A DNA stretch of 64,000 nucleotides, taken from IMG/VR virus record IMGVR_UViG_3300035142_000030, positions 12,722 to 76,721 of that record. One strand, given 5' to 3'. Below, in pieces: positions 30,681 through 39,532 of this stretch (its first letter is position 1; every line of letters starts with the position of its first letter). The position numbers and the translations under genes are program-made. A model generated the notes under the pieces. That model saw only the letters and a program-made list of their open reading frames with translations, was not told the DNA's origin and searched no databases. This DNA comes from a virus.

Positions 30681-31615
30681 AACATATTTGAATTAAATTC
30701 TTCTGCTCTGCTTTCGAGCCTAAATATACGCATAAAGACACCTAACTCTTTGTATAAATATTCTTTTTTATTAGAGTCATTATTTATTACATAATTAAAT
30801 TCTGTGTCTTTCATGTTAAAGCGTCCTTTGTCCCTATCTACTCTTTCGTCTCCTACAGATTCTCTACGATCAAATTCTCCTCTGTGTATACGTACACTAT
30901 ATATATCATACACTTCTCCCCATTCTTTTTGTAACATCTCTAATCCATCTTCAGTAATAAGATAAGTATTTATATGACTCATATCATTAGTTAAAGAACA
31001 ATAGCTATATTGCTCTTTACCTTTTTCCCCAAAAGTAGTTTCTGCTAATTTTTCTCCTAAAAGATCATTATATTCTTTTGTAGATAGAAATATATGATCG
31101 GTATCTTCTGGATTACGTTGTTTTCTGTTTGTGTAGCTATTAACTAGATTAATATTATAATGATTATATAGATATTTAGCGGCTAGAGATTTTCCAGCTC
31201 CACTCTCACCAATAATACATATAATACAAGGTTTCTCTATAAATTCAAATTGTTTTAATGATGTATTCCAGAGTTGATTGTTATAATTCTCTAAACCAAT
31301 CATCTTTTTAAGGGTCACATCATTTAAGCTCTTATCATCTATATACACATCAGCGCTTATCTTTCTTGTGTCCGTACCATAACGTTCTATCAATAATGAA
31401 TCGTTCTCGTTAAAGTAATCGTACTTGATTCCTTCTGCTTCTAACCATATCTTAGCCTGTTCTGCATAATGTAAAGCACGACAAGTGTTGATTACAATTG
31501 TATGTCCCCTATTATATAAATAGTTAATACAATATTTTGCATTAGGCAATATGTCCCCTATAAAAGGATATTCTTGTTTACAAATAGTTCCGTCAAAATC
31601 ACAAGATATTACCAT
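30677..31615 (-). CDS. HAD-family phosphatase fused to guanylate-kinase-like domain
   Basis: DFDGT, NTCR, ADVYIDDK (HAD); GESGAGKS and SYTNRKQR (kinase). Confidence 0.8.
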   Translation of the reverse strand: MVISCDFDGTICKQEYPFIGDILPNAKYCINYLYNRGHTIVINTCRALHYAEQAKIWLEAEGIKYDYFNENDSLLIERYGTDTRKISADVYIDDKSLNDVTLKKMIGLENYNNQLWNTSLKQFEFIEKPCIICIIGESGAGKSLAAKYLYNHYNINLVNSYTNRKQRNPEDTDHIFLSTKEYNDLLGEKLAETTFGEKGKEQYSYCSLTNDMSHINTYLITEDGLEMLQKEWGEVYDIYSVRIHRGEFDRRESVGDERVDRDKGRFNMKDTEFNYVINNDSNKKEYLYKELGVFMRIFRLESRAEEFNSNML

Positions 31616-31617
31616 AA

Positions 31618-31914
31618 CTATTTTAATTTAGTTTCTAATATTCCTATTAAGTTACGACAATGTATCAGAATACCATCTTCAGTATCTTTTGCCCCAGATG
31701 TTGTAAAAGTTACCACATCTCCGGGTTCAACTTTTTTTTCTGTCCATTCTCCCTTTACAGCTAACTTTAATATAAGTACATATACATCATCTTTTATAGC
31801 TAATACAGTACCCTTACGCTCCTTTTTAAGATATTGTTTAGGTATATATATAGAAGAATTATTTTCTTGCTTATTTACTTTTAATAATACATATTTTCCT
31901 GTAGGCTTTATCAT
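31618..31914 (-). CDS. GroES-like co-chaperonin
   Basis: IKPTGKYVLLK...IYIP...GTVLAI...VEPGDVV. Confidence 0.7.
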   Translation of the reverse strand: MIKPTGKYVLLKVNKQENNSSIYIPKQYLKKERKGTVLAIKDDVYVLILKLAVKGEWTEKKVEPGDVVTFTTSGAKDTEDGILIHCRNLIGILETKLK

Positions 31915-32065
31915 AATAGTTTTAAATTAAATTCTTTAATAAGCCCCAGAAGTTGCTTATTCTTTTTATACATGATAATTATCTTCTCCTGGGGCGTTAG
32001 TTCTTTACCTTCTTTAGGTGTATGTTTCTTGTTTTTCATATAAGTCCTCAAAATATATTACCATT

Positions 32066-32428
32066 TTAGAATGGTAAAGGATCATTATCATTATCTTCCA
32101 CAGGTGGTATTTCTTCATTAGCAGAAGTTTTATTTGCTTCTACATGTGTTAGACGCCACGCTTGAAGACTATTAAAATAACCAACCCTACCATCTTTTTC
32201 CCACTTTCTGCCTCTTACATTAAATTCTACTTTAATGCCTTCTCCTACGGAAAAACTATCTAATGCAGATACGTTATTTTGGGTTATCTCAAACTTAATA
32301 TAGTCAACAAATTCTTTTTGTCCCACTAGCTCTGTTTTAGTAATTACAAACTCTCTTTTCTTAAATTTGTCAGATATTACTATAACATCTGTTTTCATTT
32401 CTAATTTTCCTTCAATTGAATAATTCAT
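32066..32428 (-). CDS. DUF3127 family (Bacteroidota SSB-like) protein
   Basis: FKKREFVI, FNVRGRKW, YFNSLQAW, acidic DPLPF tail. Confidence 0.85.
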   Translation of the reverse strand: MNYSIEGKLEMKTDVIVISDKFKKREFVITKTELVGQKEFVDYIKFEITQNNVSALDSFSVGEGIKVEFNVRGRKWEKDGRVGYFNSLQAWRLTHVEANKTSANEEIPPVEDNDNDPLPF

Positions 32429-32819
32429 TTTTTTCTTTTTTATATTTATAATTAAACCATGCTTCAAATTCTTTTTCTGAAAACTCTCCACTTAATTCTT
32501 TTACGTCTCTATAACATTCTTTTAGCTCTTCTTTTAAAAGTTTTTCAATATCTTCTTCTATTCGATAATACCTTAAAAGGTCTACTCTATAACCAGTGTT
32601 GGATTTCTCCTTGTATTTGTAGAGTATGTTATCAATTTTATCCTCTATCATTAAAATTTTAGATTCTACATCAACAACATCAGATATATTTAAATCTTCT
32701 GCTTGTGTAGTCATAGGATAAAATTCCCATTTAACTTCAGGGTTAAATTCATTCATTTTGCTTAAGAAGTTATCTAAAGCAACTTTATTTTCTGGATTTA
32801 AGTTTTTTATATTTGCCAT
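32412..32819 (-). CDS. Hypothetical protein
   Basis: 135 aa ORF. Confidence 0.55.
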   Translation of the reverse strand: MANIKNLNPENKVALDNFLSKMNEFNPEVKWEFYPMTTQAEDLNISDVVDVESKILMIEDKIDNILYKYKEKSNTGYRVDLLRYYRIEEDIEKLLKEELKECYRDVKELSGEFSEKEFEAWFNYKYKKEKNELFN

Positions 32820-33289
32820 AATAATAAATTTTTATTGGTTATTAATTCTAATATATATTTGTACTGCTCTCAGCGCAACAATTTATAACTACGTATAAAT
32901 TCAAAAACCATGTGATAAGCTCATAAACTTTAAGATTACTCCGTAATCCAGTTTCTGAACTTATACGTTTGAACGTTAGGCTCAATCGCTTGCACTCCTT
33001 CCCTCATTTAAAATTGTATCAATTTGTTATTTTAAATGCTAAAATATCAACAGTTAATCGGATTTAATACGGTTAATTGCTTATATTTAAACAATTTTAA
33101 ATTCCATCCTTACAACCCTCAAAATGCCAAATATTATTTTGCCTAACAATTTGGAAAATAAGCCTTCACACAAGTCCTTTAACGTCTCTTCTATCTGTTG
33201 CATTTTACCTAATATTACAATGCCTAACTAGTAAATAAAGTCCATAAAAATCAAAACTCTGTGTTTATAAAAAATAAAACCACCGCACA

Positions 33290-33586
33290 CTACCAACTGT
33301 TATAGAATCTGATTTTATGCACACCTTTAGGTAAATCTTTAATAAATATCTCATATCCAGAAGAAGCATCGTCATCATATTCTTTATAATGTTTTCCTGC
33401 TTCTAAGTTTATTTCTAATTTTTCATCCAATAAGTATTCTTCTGGATATTCACTGCCAAAATATTCAGCAGTAGCCTTTGGTAAATCTACATCAGCTTCT
33501 AAACAGGCTAATAATACTTTTTTGTGTTTTTGGTAAGTTTCATCCGTATCAGGTATGAATGCTTGTACATGTGTTGACATTCCCAT
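33290..33586 (-). CDS. Hypothetical cassette protein
   Basis: 98 aa ORF in the loop of a degenerate site. Confidence 0.65.
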   Translation of the reverse strand: MGMSTHVQAFIPDTDETYQKHKKVLLACLEADVDLPKATAEYFGSEYPEEYLLDEKLEINLEAGKHYKEYDDDASSGYEIFIKDLPKGVHKIRFYNSW

Positions 33587-33637
33587 CTCTTTTTATTTTT
33601 CCGTCAAACATATTTTTAATTTTTCATAACGTTCAAA

Positions 33638-33874
33638 TTAACAACACAAAAATTCAATCGCATCTTGTTCTTTTTTAAAGGGGCTTTCACATCCTTCAAT
33701 TAAAAAAGATGATTTATATGGGTAAATAACACCAATAACAGATAAGCATCCTTTATTTGCTACAATTAATTTATTTCCACATCTTTTAAATAAGAATTTA
33801 GGAAGTTTAATTTCTTCTTCTTCTTCTACATTATTATTTTTAATAAAATCTAATGACAAAATTTCTTCTTTCAT
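33638..33874 (-). CDS. Hypothetical protein
   Basis: 78 aa ORF downstream of a TACATTTG promoter on the minus strand (~33898-33905). Confidence 0.5.
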   Translation of the reverse strand: MKEEILSLDFIKNNNVEEEEEIKLPKFLFKRCGNKLIVANKGCLSVIGVIYPYKSSFLIEGCESPFKKEQDAIEFLCC

Positions 33875-34027
33875 AATAGTAAGTTTTAAAGTCTAATCAA
33901 ATGTATGGTAAATATTTTTAATATGCAAATTATATCCCTAAAAAGATTAATATAATTACTACAGATTTAATAAAAAGAAATCCTCCTATTATCCAAAGTA
34001 GTGCTACTGCTAGTAATTTTAACTTTT

Positions 34028-34330
34028 TCATAGTTTTCTATTTAAAAATGTAAATAATGCTGGTATATTCTCTCTAAATATAGAAGCATTTAACTCAGTA
34101 CCCTCTATTTCTTCATATAAAGCTGTATAGTCGTCTTTCAATACTTTCATATATATTTGCCCCAAATTAAGACCATTATACTCCTGAGCGAGTATATCTG
34201 CCTTTAAAATGAATTGATTAAATTTAACTTGCTTGTCCATAATTCTATGTTTTATGAGTTGTTTTCTTTTTAGTTCTTTTAGATGTTTATGGTTTAACAT
34301 CTCTAAGTGATCACATATAAAATCATTCAT
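34028..34330 (-). CDS. Hypothetical protein
   Basis: Likely start MNDFICDHL. Confidence 0.45.
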   Translation of the reverse strand: MNDFICDHLEMLNHKHLKELKRKQLIKHRIMDKQVKFNQFILKADILAQEYNGLNLGQIYMKVLKDDYTALYEEIEGTELNASIFRENIPALFTFLNRKL

Positions 34331-34745
34331 TGTTTTTATTAATATCCGATAATTTTTCAAAATAAAAAACTCCATCAAAAGGTTTATTCTCAGTAATTCC
34401 AAAATATTCAGCAACTTTTAATAAATACTTTTTACGCTTAATAGACTTTTCAGTTTTTGGATTTTTAGGTAACTTTCTAAGTCTTTTATGTAAGCCGCCT
34501 AAATACCAAGTTCTGAAAGTTTCTAAATCTAGTGATCCTTTATAATGGTTTATTATTTTTTGAACGGGAAACATATTTTCAATATTATGCGCTCTTTCAT
34601 TCATAGCCGTATTAGTCCACCAATTTCTAATTAGTGGTTCAACATGGTCTACTTGCCAATCATCTTCCAGATCAGTTCCTGAATAGGCACATTTACCATT
34701 GAATTTTGGTCTTATAATTTCTCTATTCTTTTTTGAAATGTACAT
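34323..34745 (-). CDS. HNH endonuclease
   Basis: KCAYSG...WQVDHVEP...NMFP....INHYKG. Confidence 0.8.
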   Translation of the reverse strand: MYISKKNREIIRPKFNGKCAYSGTDLEDDWQVDHVEPLIRNWWTNTAMNERAHNIENMFPVQKIINHYKGSLDLETFRTWYLGGLHKRLRKLPKNPKTEKSIKRKKYLLKVAEYFGITENKPFDGVFYFEKLSDINKNNE

Positions 34746-34803
34746 ATATTACAAAGTTTTCGAATGCTATTAATAAGTTCTATTTGGTAAAGTCTAAGTA
34801 AAA

Positions 34804-35049
34804 TCATACAATCATTTTTTCAATAATAAAAAAAGTTTTTCCAAGTATTAAATAAGGAATTTTACCTGATTCAATTCTGTTTCTAACAGTTTTATCATTT
34901 ACTTTATATTTTTTCACATATTCTGATATTTCAATTAATTCATATTGATTAAACATAAATACAATTAATTGTAAATATTCAGAATAATCGAGATGCTTAT
35001 TTACAATTTTTTGTATATCAAATAGACAATACTTTCTTATATTGTTCAT
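34804..35049 (-). CDS. Small HTH DNA-binding protein (excisionase-like)
   Basis: ISEYVKKYKVNDKTVRNRIESGKIPY. Confidence 0.55.
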   Translation of the reverse strand: MNNIRKYCLFDIQKIVNKHLDYSEYLQLIVFMFNQYELIEISEYVKKYKVNDKTVRNRIESGKIPYLILGKTFFIIEKMIV

Positions 35050-35109
35050 AATATCAATTAGTTAAAATTTATGTTCCACCTATCGATTAGTTAGCTGTAA
35101 TAAAATTTA

Positions 35110-35379
35110 CTATCGTTCTACCCAAAAAGGATATTCCCCTGTATAAACTACTTTATTGCCAGCATTTGGCACGTATTCCCCTCGCTCGGTTTTCATCCAG
35201 TTCATTAGTGGTTCAAATGATGTTTTAGTTTCGTAACCGAAGCATCCATATTTAAACTTTATCTCCTTTTTGAAACCTTCATTTTCAGTTAAATCTCCAA
35301 ATGGTGTAACATAAGGGAATACTACCATATCACCCTCGCACACTTCAATTCCGTTTTTATCAAATATATTACTTTTCAT
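35110..35379 (-). CDS. YopX-family cassette protein
   Basis: DKNGIEVCEGDMV...IKFKYGCF; likely start MKSNIF (track extension is repeat DNA). Confidence 0.7.
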   Translation of the reverse strand: MKSNIFDKNGIEVCEGDMVVFPYVTPFGDLTENEGFKKEIKFKYGCFGYETKTSFEPLMNWMKTERGEYVPNAGNKVVYTGEYPFWVER

Positions 35380-35545
35380 GCCGTAAATTTTACATACCGC
35401 TAACAAGCGGTCATAGTTAATAAAGCCAATTAAGTTTAGTTCGTTGTAGGTTGCGGTAGTGGGTGGCTTTACTAACCATACCGCATCTACGTTACAGACA
35501 ATTGCCCGCACGGCATTCCGCACGGGCTATCGCTCACAACCCACT

Positions 35546-35902
35546 CTAAATTTTGTTTAGAATTTGTTCCAACGCCCAATACTCTGGATTTGCAAGAGCA
35601 GTAACTACATTATTAATATCACAAATACTAATAATCAGCCAAATACATAAAATGATTGCAAGTATAACAATTGCAATCCAATGTCCAACTTCAGTATCAT
35701 TATCATAGCATTTTTGATAATTTTTAGCAAACCATTTTATGTATCGCACATATGGTATAATTAAGAGAAAAGAAATAATGATTAAGGTAATTCCCACAAA
35801 TGCATCAATAGGTGCTTGCTTAATCATAACTCCCCACAAGTATTCGGTCGTTGTACCAAGCTTACTTGCTAAGCTTTCTAATAATGTTGTTAATTCATTC
35901 AT
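35546..35902 (-). CDS. Membrane protein (cassette)
   Basis: LASKLGTTTEYLWGVMIKQA, two TM segments, NPEYWAL; bounded by a 14-bp IR. Confidence 0.7.
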   Translation of the reverse strand: MNELTTLLESLASKLGTTTEYLWGVMIKQAPIDAFVGITLIIISFLLIIPYVRYIKWFAKNYQKCYDNDTEVGHWIAIVILAIILCIWLIISICDINNVVTALANPEYWALEQILNKI

Positions 35903-36280
35903 TTTAATATAATTTAGTTAAACAAAATTTTCTAATGTCAATTGTCTGTAACAGTCGCCTAAATACAGCATTCGTCGCAGCTTCGTATCAAATTGGTTCA
36001 TATCGTATTGAAACCCTAAGGCAACTATCTGTAACTACTAAATACAAGCCAGCGAGACAAGCTCGCCATCGTGTATTTAGGCGACTGTTAGATTCCATAC
36101 TCCCACGGCATTCCCACAAACCCCGCTACGCCCCACCGCACAAAAACCATCGTATGAAATCTAATGGTACGGCAAGTAGTACCACTCGCTCAATACCATT
36201 TACGTATCTGAATCTTATTACTTCCTCCAACGTACAGAATCTAACTGTCAAGTCAGAGGAAAGTAATTTTAGAACTCATT

Positions 36281-36505
36281 CTAAACAATACGTTTACAGC
36301 TTAATTCCCAATGTACTTGTTCGGCAACTTTTAATCTACGAACTGAACTTTTTCCAGTTTCAGGTAATTTGCCTTCATTTAACCATAATAATATCATTTG
36401 TATAAAGTTGCCTGCTGGCAATTCTACTTTTTGACCTTTACCATCTATATAATAAACTGTATCAGTCAATTCGCTGTAAACTAATTCTTTTTTTTGCTCA
36501 ATCAT
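36281..36505 (-). CDS. Hypothetical protein within hairpin loop
   Basis: 74 aa ORF between inner arm (36242) and right arm (36537-36572). Confidence 0.6.
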   Translation of the reverse strand: MIEQKKELVYSELTDTVYYIDGKGQKVELPAGNFIQMILLWLNEGKLPETGKSSVRRLKVAEQVHWELSCKRIV

Positions 36506-36675
36506 TTCTATATAATTTTATCTGTTAATAAACAATGTTCTAAAATTCCCATCCACTACTTGCCGTACCATTGTAACTCAATTGACAGCTCTCCATCCGC
36601 ACAAGGCTTCCCATCCGCCCCGCAAAATACCAAAGCAATTGAGTTACAACGCTCGGAGTTCATTCGATGTAAAAA

Positions 36676-36930
36676 TTATGAAACACCGAGTTTATGAGCT
36701 TCTTCATCAAATGCAATTTTTATATTTGTAATTTCAGTTTGAATTTCTAATAAAAGTTCATGAAATTCTTGTTGCTTATCTTCAATTTGTTTGTCAGCAA
36801 ATTGCATTTTTGAAATTATGTTCTCCTTATAAGCATAAGCAGAGTTCAAATCATTTTTTAATTTTGTGTGCTTAGCTTTAAGAACATCAAGTCTATTTAA
36901 GTAATTACCATACTGTTCTTGAAAATTCAT
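36676..36930 (-). CDS. Coiled-coil hypothetical protein between outer and inner arms
   Basis: 84 aa ORF. Confidence 0.6.
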   Translation of the reverse strand: MNFQEQYGNYLNRLDVLKAKHTKLKNDLNSAYAYKENIISKMQFADKQIEDKQQEFHELLLEIQTEITNIKIAFDEEAHKLGVS

Positions 36931-37121
36931 AATTTTTACCTTTCTATATTTAAGTTTATAATGTTCGATACGTCACAGCGTACAACTACGTGTAATGCAG
37001 AATTGCTACAATCGAATGATGCCGATTTACGGCTTTACTTTGCCTTGCGGCAAATCGCCGCAACTCAGCATACACTCCGAGCGTTATGCGTAAAAATACC
37101 CGCATCCTAGTTCGCTAACGC

Positions 37122-37217
37122 TCACCCATCCGCATCCTCCCACTTATCAATATACAATTTTAGCTTATAAATAAGTATTCCTATTACAATTCCGATTCCT
37201 ATTAATATTAAATTCAT
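37122..37217 (-). CDS. 31-aa membrane peptide cassette (MNLILIGIGIVIGILIYKLKLYIDKWEDADG)
   Basis: Only ORF within the 16-bp IR 37083-37098/37225-37240. Confidence 0.5.
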   Translation of the reverse strand: MNLILIGIGIVIGILIYKLKLYIDKWEDADG

Positions 37218-37374
37218 ATCCAAATATTTTTACGCATAACACCAGAGAAAATATACCGTCCCGCAGGAGACGTTCTCCAGTATCTGCAAGTTTATATTCC
37301 TAATATTTCTACTCATAACTAAAAAATCATAGCACATTAAAATCAAAACTCTGTGTTTAATAAAATAAAGCCAA

Positions 37375-37725
37375 TTAATATATATTCTTTCTACCCCTGT
37401 CAGCGTGCAATGGTACTAAATGATCACACGAACCGCAAAAATGTTTAGCTTTAGTCTCCCAGTAAATTCCTTCAGAATGTGTATCAAAAAGCGAATTACA
37501 ATTGCTACACATCTCAATATGGTCTGGTAGTAAAGGAAAATGTTCTTGTAAATAATAAATTATTGCAAACGCTTTTTTAGCTGTCATCTTTGGCTGATGC
37601 CCACGCTTAAAAGAAAGTTGTTCAGGTAATTCACCTTGTAAAAAATTGTAAAATTCTTCTATCCATTCAAGGTCTGTATCAATCCTCTGATCATTATTTT
37701 TAAGCAATTTTATTTCATTGTACAT
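37375..37725 (-). CDS. Zn-finger hypothetical protein within hairpin loop
   Basis: CSNC ... CGSC; enclosed by TAAAATAAAGCC/GGCTTTATTTTA IR. Confidence 0.65.
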   Translation of the reverse strand: MYNEIKLLKNNDQRIDTDLEWIEEFYNFLQGELPEQLSFKRGHQPKMTAKKAFAIIYYLQEHFPLLPDHIEMCSNCNSLFDTHSEGIYWETKAKHFCGSCDHLVPLHADRGRKNIY

Positions 37726-37865
37726 AAGGCTTTATTTTTAATTAGTACTAAATTTATAATCATATTTTACCTGTAATTTCATCAAGTTTCAATCAATGTT
37801 TTAATTTTACCGTCCCATATTTTCTCTGGTGTTAGAAAACATGCCGTTTCGAACGGACGCAAAAA

Positions 37866-38147
37866 TCATTTTGCTTTCTTATATTTAGAGCCTTTACTAT
37901 TACAAAAATCACATATTGCATTGTTAGGTTTGTTAGATATACATGAACTGCAAAATTTCCATTTTTGCTCATGTTTTCTAACGGTTTCACGTTCGTTTGA
38001 TATTAAAATTTGATTGATAAAGTCATTCAATTGGACTATAGCGTATTCAACAGACAACATATCTAATGTGTCTTCATCTCCAATTGTATCAAGTCTATCC
38101 ATTAATATCTTACGTATTCCATCAGTATAATCTTTTTTATGTTTCAT
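37866..38147 (-). CDS. Hypothetical protein reading through a repeat arm
   Basis: NERETVRKHE is encoded by outer arm 37970-37992; Cys-rich tail. Confidence 0.55.
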   Translation of the reverse strand: MKHKKDYTDGIRKILMDRLDTIGDEDTLDMLSVEYAIVQLNDFINQILISNERETVRKHEQKWKFCSSCISNKPNNAICDFCNSKGSKYKKAK

Positions 38148-38320
38148 AATATCAAATTTTAATTATTAATACTAATTTAGTTTATCAATTCTCAACGTCA
38201 CGATTTTCTAACCAACGTTTATGCTTAATTAAAGCTATCAAACGATGCTCCGTTAAAGCTTTTCTTGCGTTTCACGCAACCGCTTTAACAAAGCATACAC
38301 GTGAAACCGTTAGAGTGCAT

Positions 38321-38608
38321 TTAATCCAAGTGAATAAGCATTTCTCCCCACGCACTTCTACCTTTCACTTTCGGTAGTGATGTGTAGTGTAGTGTCATTC
38401 CTGTAAATTCACACTCTTTGTTATTTAAACTTTTTTTAACCATCCAGTCTTTTGCTTCTTTCCTTATAATATCATCTTCATTGTTTCGATGCCAGCCCAC
38501 GCTAATTATCAAATTACCAATTCTAATTTTACTAAGTGAAAAACGCACTCTAACAATAGATAAAATCCATTGCTTAAAATGTGCTAATTCGTTACGTAAG
38601 TATTTCAT
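38321..38608 (-). CDS. Hypothetical cassette protein starting inside the repeat
   Basis: MKYLRNELAHFKQWILSIVRVR is homologous to the N-terminus of 18377. Confidence 0.6.
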   Translation of the reverse strand: MKYLRNELAHFKQWILSIVRVRFSLSKIRIGNLIISVGWHRNNEDDIIRKEAKDWMVKKSLNNKECEFTGMTLHYTSLPKVKGRSAWGEMLIHLD

Positions 38609-38764
38609 ATCAATGTTTTTATAAGTTTGAAAATTCAGTTCATTAAATCGCAACGTATCTTATCAGAGCCGTTGCACACAATGCCCCATCTAGGGGACGT
38701 GCGACTCGCTATCGCTCCTGTCGCACTCATTGTGTGCAACAGTTTGGCGTTAGCTTGTAAATAA

Positions 38765-38941
38765 TTATTCGCTCAGTACTTCTAAACTATAAGATGATAC
38801 ATAATCAATCTTTTTACCAACTATTACAACTGCATACGGTATATCATCAGCTCCCCGCACGTATCCATCAATGTATCCAACATCTCCAACCTTAAACATC
38901 ATATGTTGGTATTCTTTAATAATTTTAACTTTTGTCTTCAT
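38765..38941 (-). CDS. 58-aa hypothetical protein (MKTKVKIIKEYQH...GYIDGYVRGADDIPYAVV)
   Basis: Clean ORF between duplicated TGTGCAAC cores; below the track size cutoff. Confidence 0.55.
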   Translation of the reverse strand: MKTKVKIIKEYQHMMFKVGDVGYIDGYVRGADDIPYAVVIVGKKIDYVSSYSLEVLSE

Positions 38942-38976
38942 AATTATTTATTTAGTTATTTGTTAATTTCTGCTTA

Positions 38977-39147
38977 CTAGATGGTGCACAATGTGCAACT
39001 AGCGTTTATGCGTAATTGTAATAGGCAATTTCCAATCTCCCAGTAACTTGCGCCTAAACGTTCCAATATCATTTCAGCTTTCTCAAAGCTCCAACTTTTA
39101 TAACATTGATAAAAGTTCCCTTTATAGGTATACATTATATGAATCAT
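38977..39147 (-). CDS. Hypothetical protein ending in a repeat arm
   Basis: MIHIMYTYKG...LGASYWEIG; tail QLRINASCT is encoded by the arm. Confidence 0.5.
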   Translation of the reverse strand: MIHIMYTYKGNFYQCYKSWSFEKAEMILERLGASYWEIGNCLLQLRINASCTLCTI

Positions 39148-39532
39148 AATTTTATATTTAAAGTTTGTACTAAATTTTAACAATACCCTAAAAATCCTTC
39201 CCATATCTTTCGGAGTGTTATGGCTCAATTTCGCTACGCTCTACGATGACTTCATTTAATTGAGCCATAACGAGACAACGTATGAAGTACAGGCTCAGTG
39301 TACTATATTAATTCTATTTTAATTTATCCGCTCAACTAGAGCATAACTACATATAAGCGTAATACTATGAGCCTTACTTCAAAGCTCTCAGAATATTTCA
39401 CCGATAAAAATCGGCTCATATTCCTACGCTTATACGTTGTCTCGTTAGTAGCAAGCGGGTTCAGTTCTCGTATCAAACATTGTGCGTATTTGAAAGAAAA
39501 AGAAAAGCCCCGCCCGCTTTTGGCAAAGCCAA

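Larger units (their letters stand above)
32881..39450 (-). mobile_element. Array 2: cluster of about 11 attC-like sites with gene and empty cassettes, no integrase
   Basis: Sites at ~32882-32981, 33141-33620 (degenerate), 35397-35497, 35946-36093, 36159-36576, 36644-37089, 37234-37837, 37976-38315, 38548-38677, 38734-39223 (chimeric), 39265-39450; inter-site segments bounded by private IRs. Confidence 0.75.

Noticed and set aside
33625-33637. TAACGTTCAAA matching the arm at 32968-32978
   Set aside because: 11-bp match on the wrong side for an outer arm; may be chance or a rearrangement relic.
35065-35096. Complete attC-like site ending at 35090
   Set aside because: Only the GTTAGCTG core and its cassette-boundary partner (35383-35404) are visible; no matching left arm was found, so it counts as a half-site only.
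35935-36405. Plus-strand track ORFs across array 2 (also 36494, 36919, 39367) and N-terminal extensions of 19248, 35523, 39228
   Set aside because: They run through GC-richer repeat DNA or antisense to real genes; likely shadow ORFs.
32881-39450. CRISPR array interpretation of the repeats
   Set aside because: The repeats are divergent inverted repeats with variable, gene-sized spacing, not identical direct repeats with uniform spacers; no cas genes are present.
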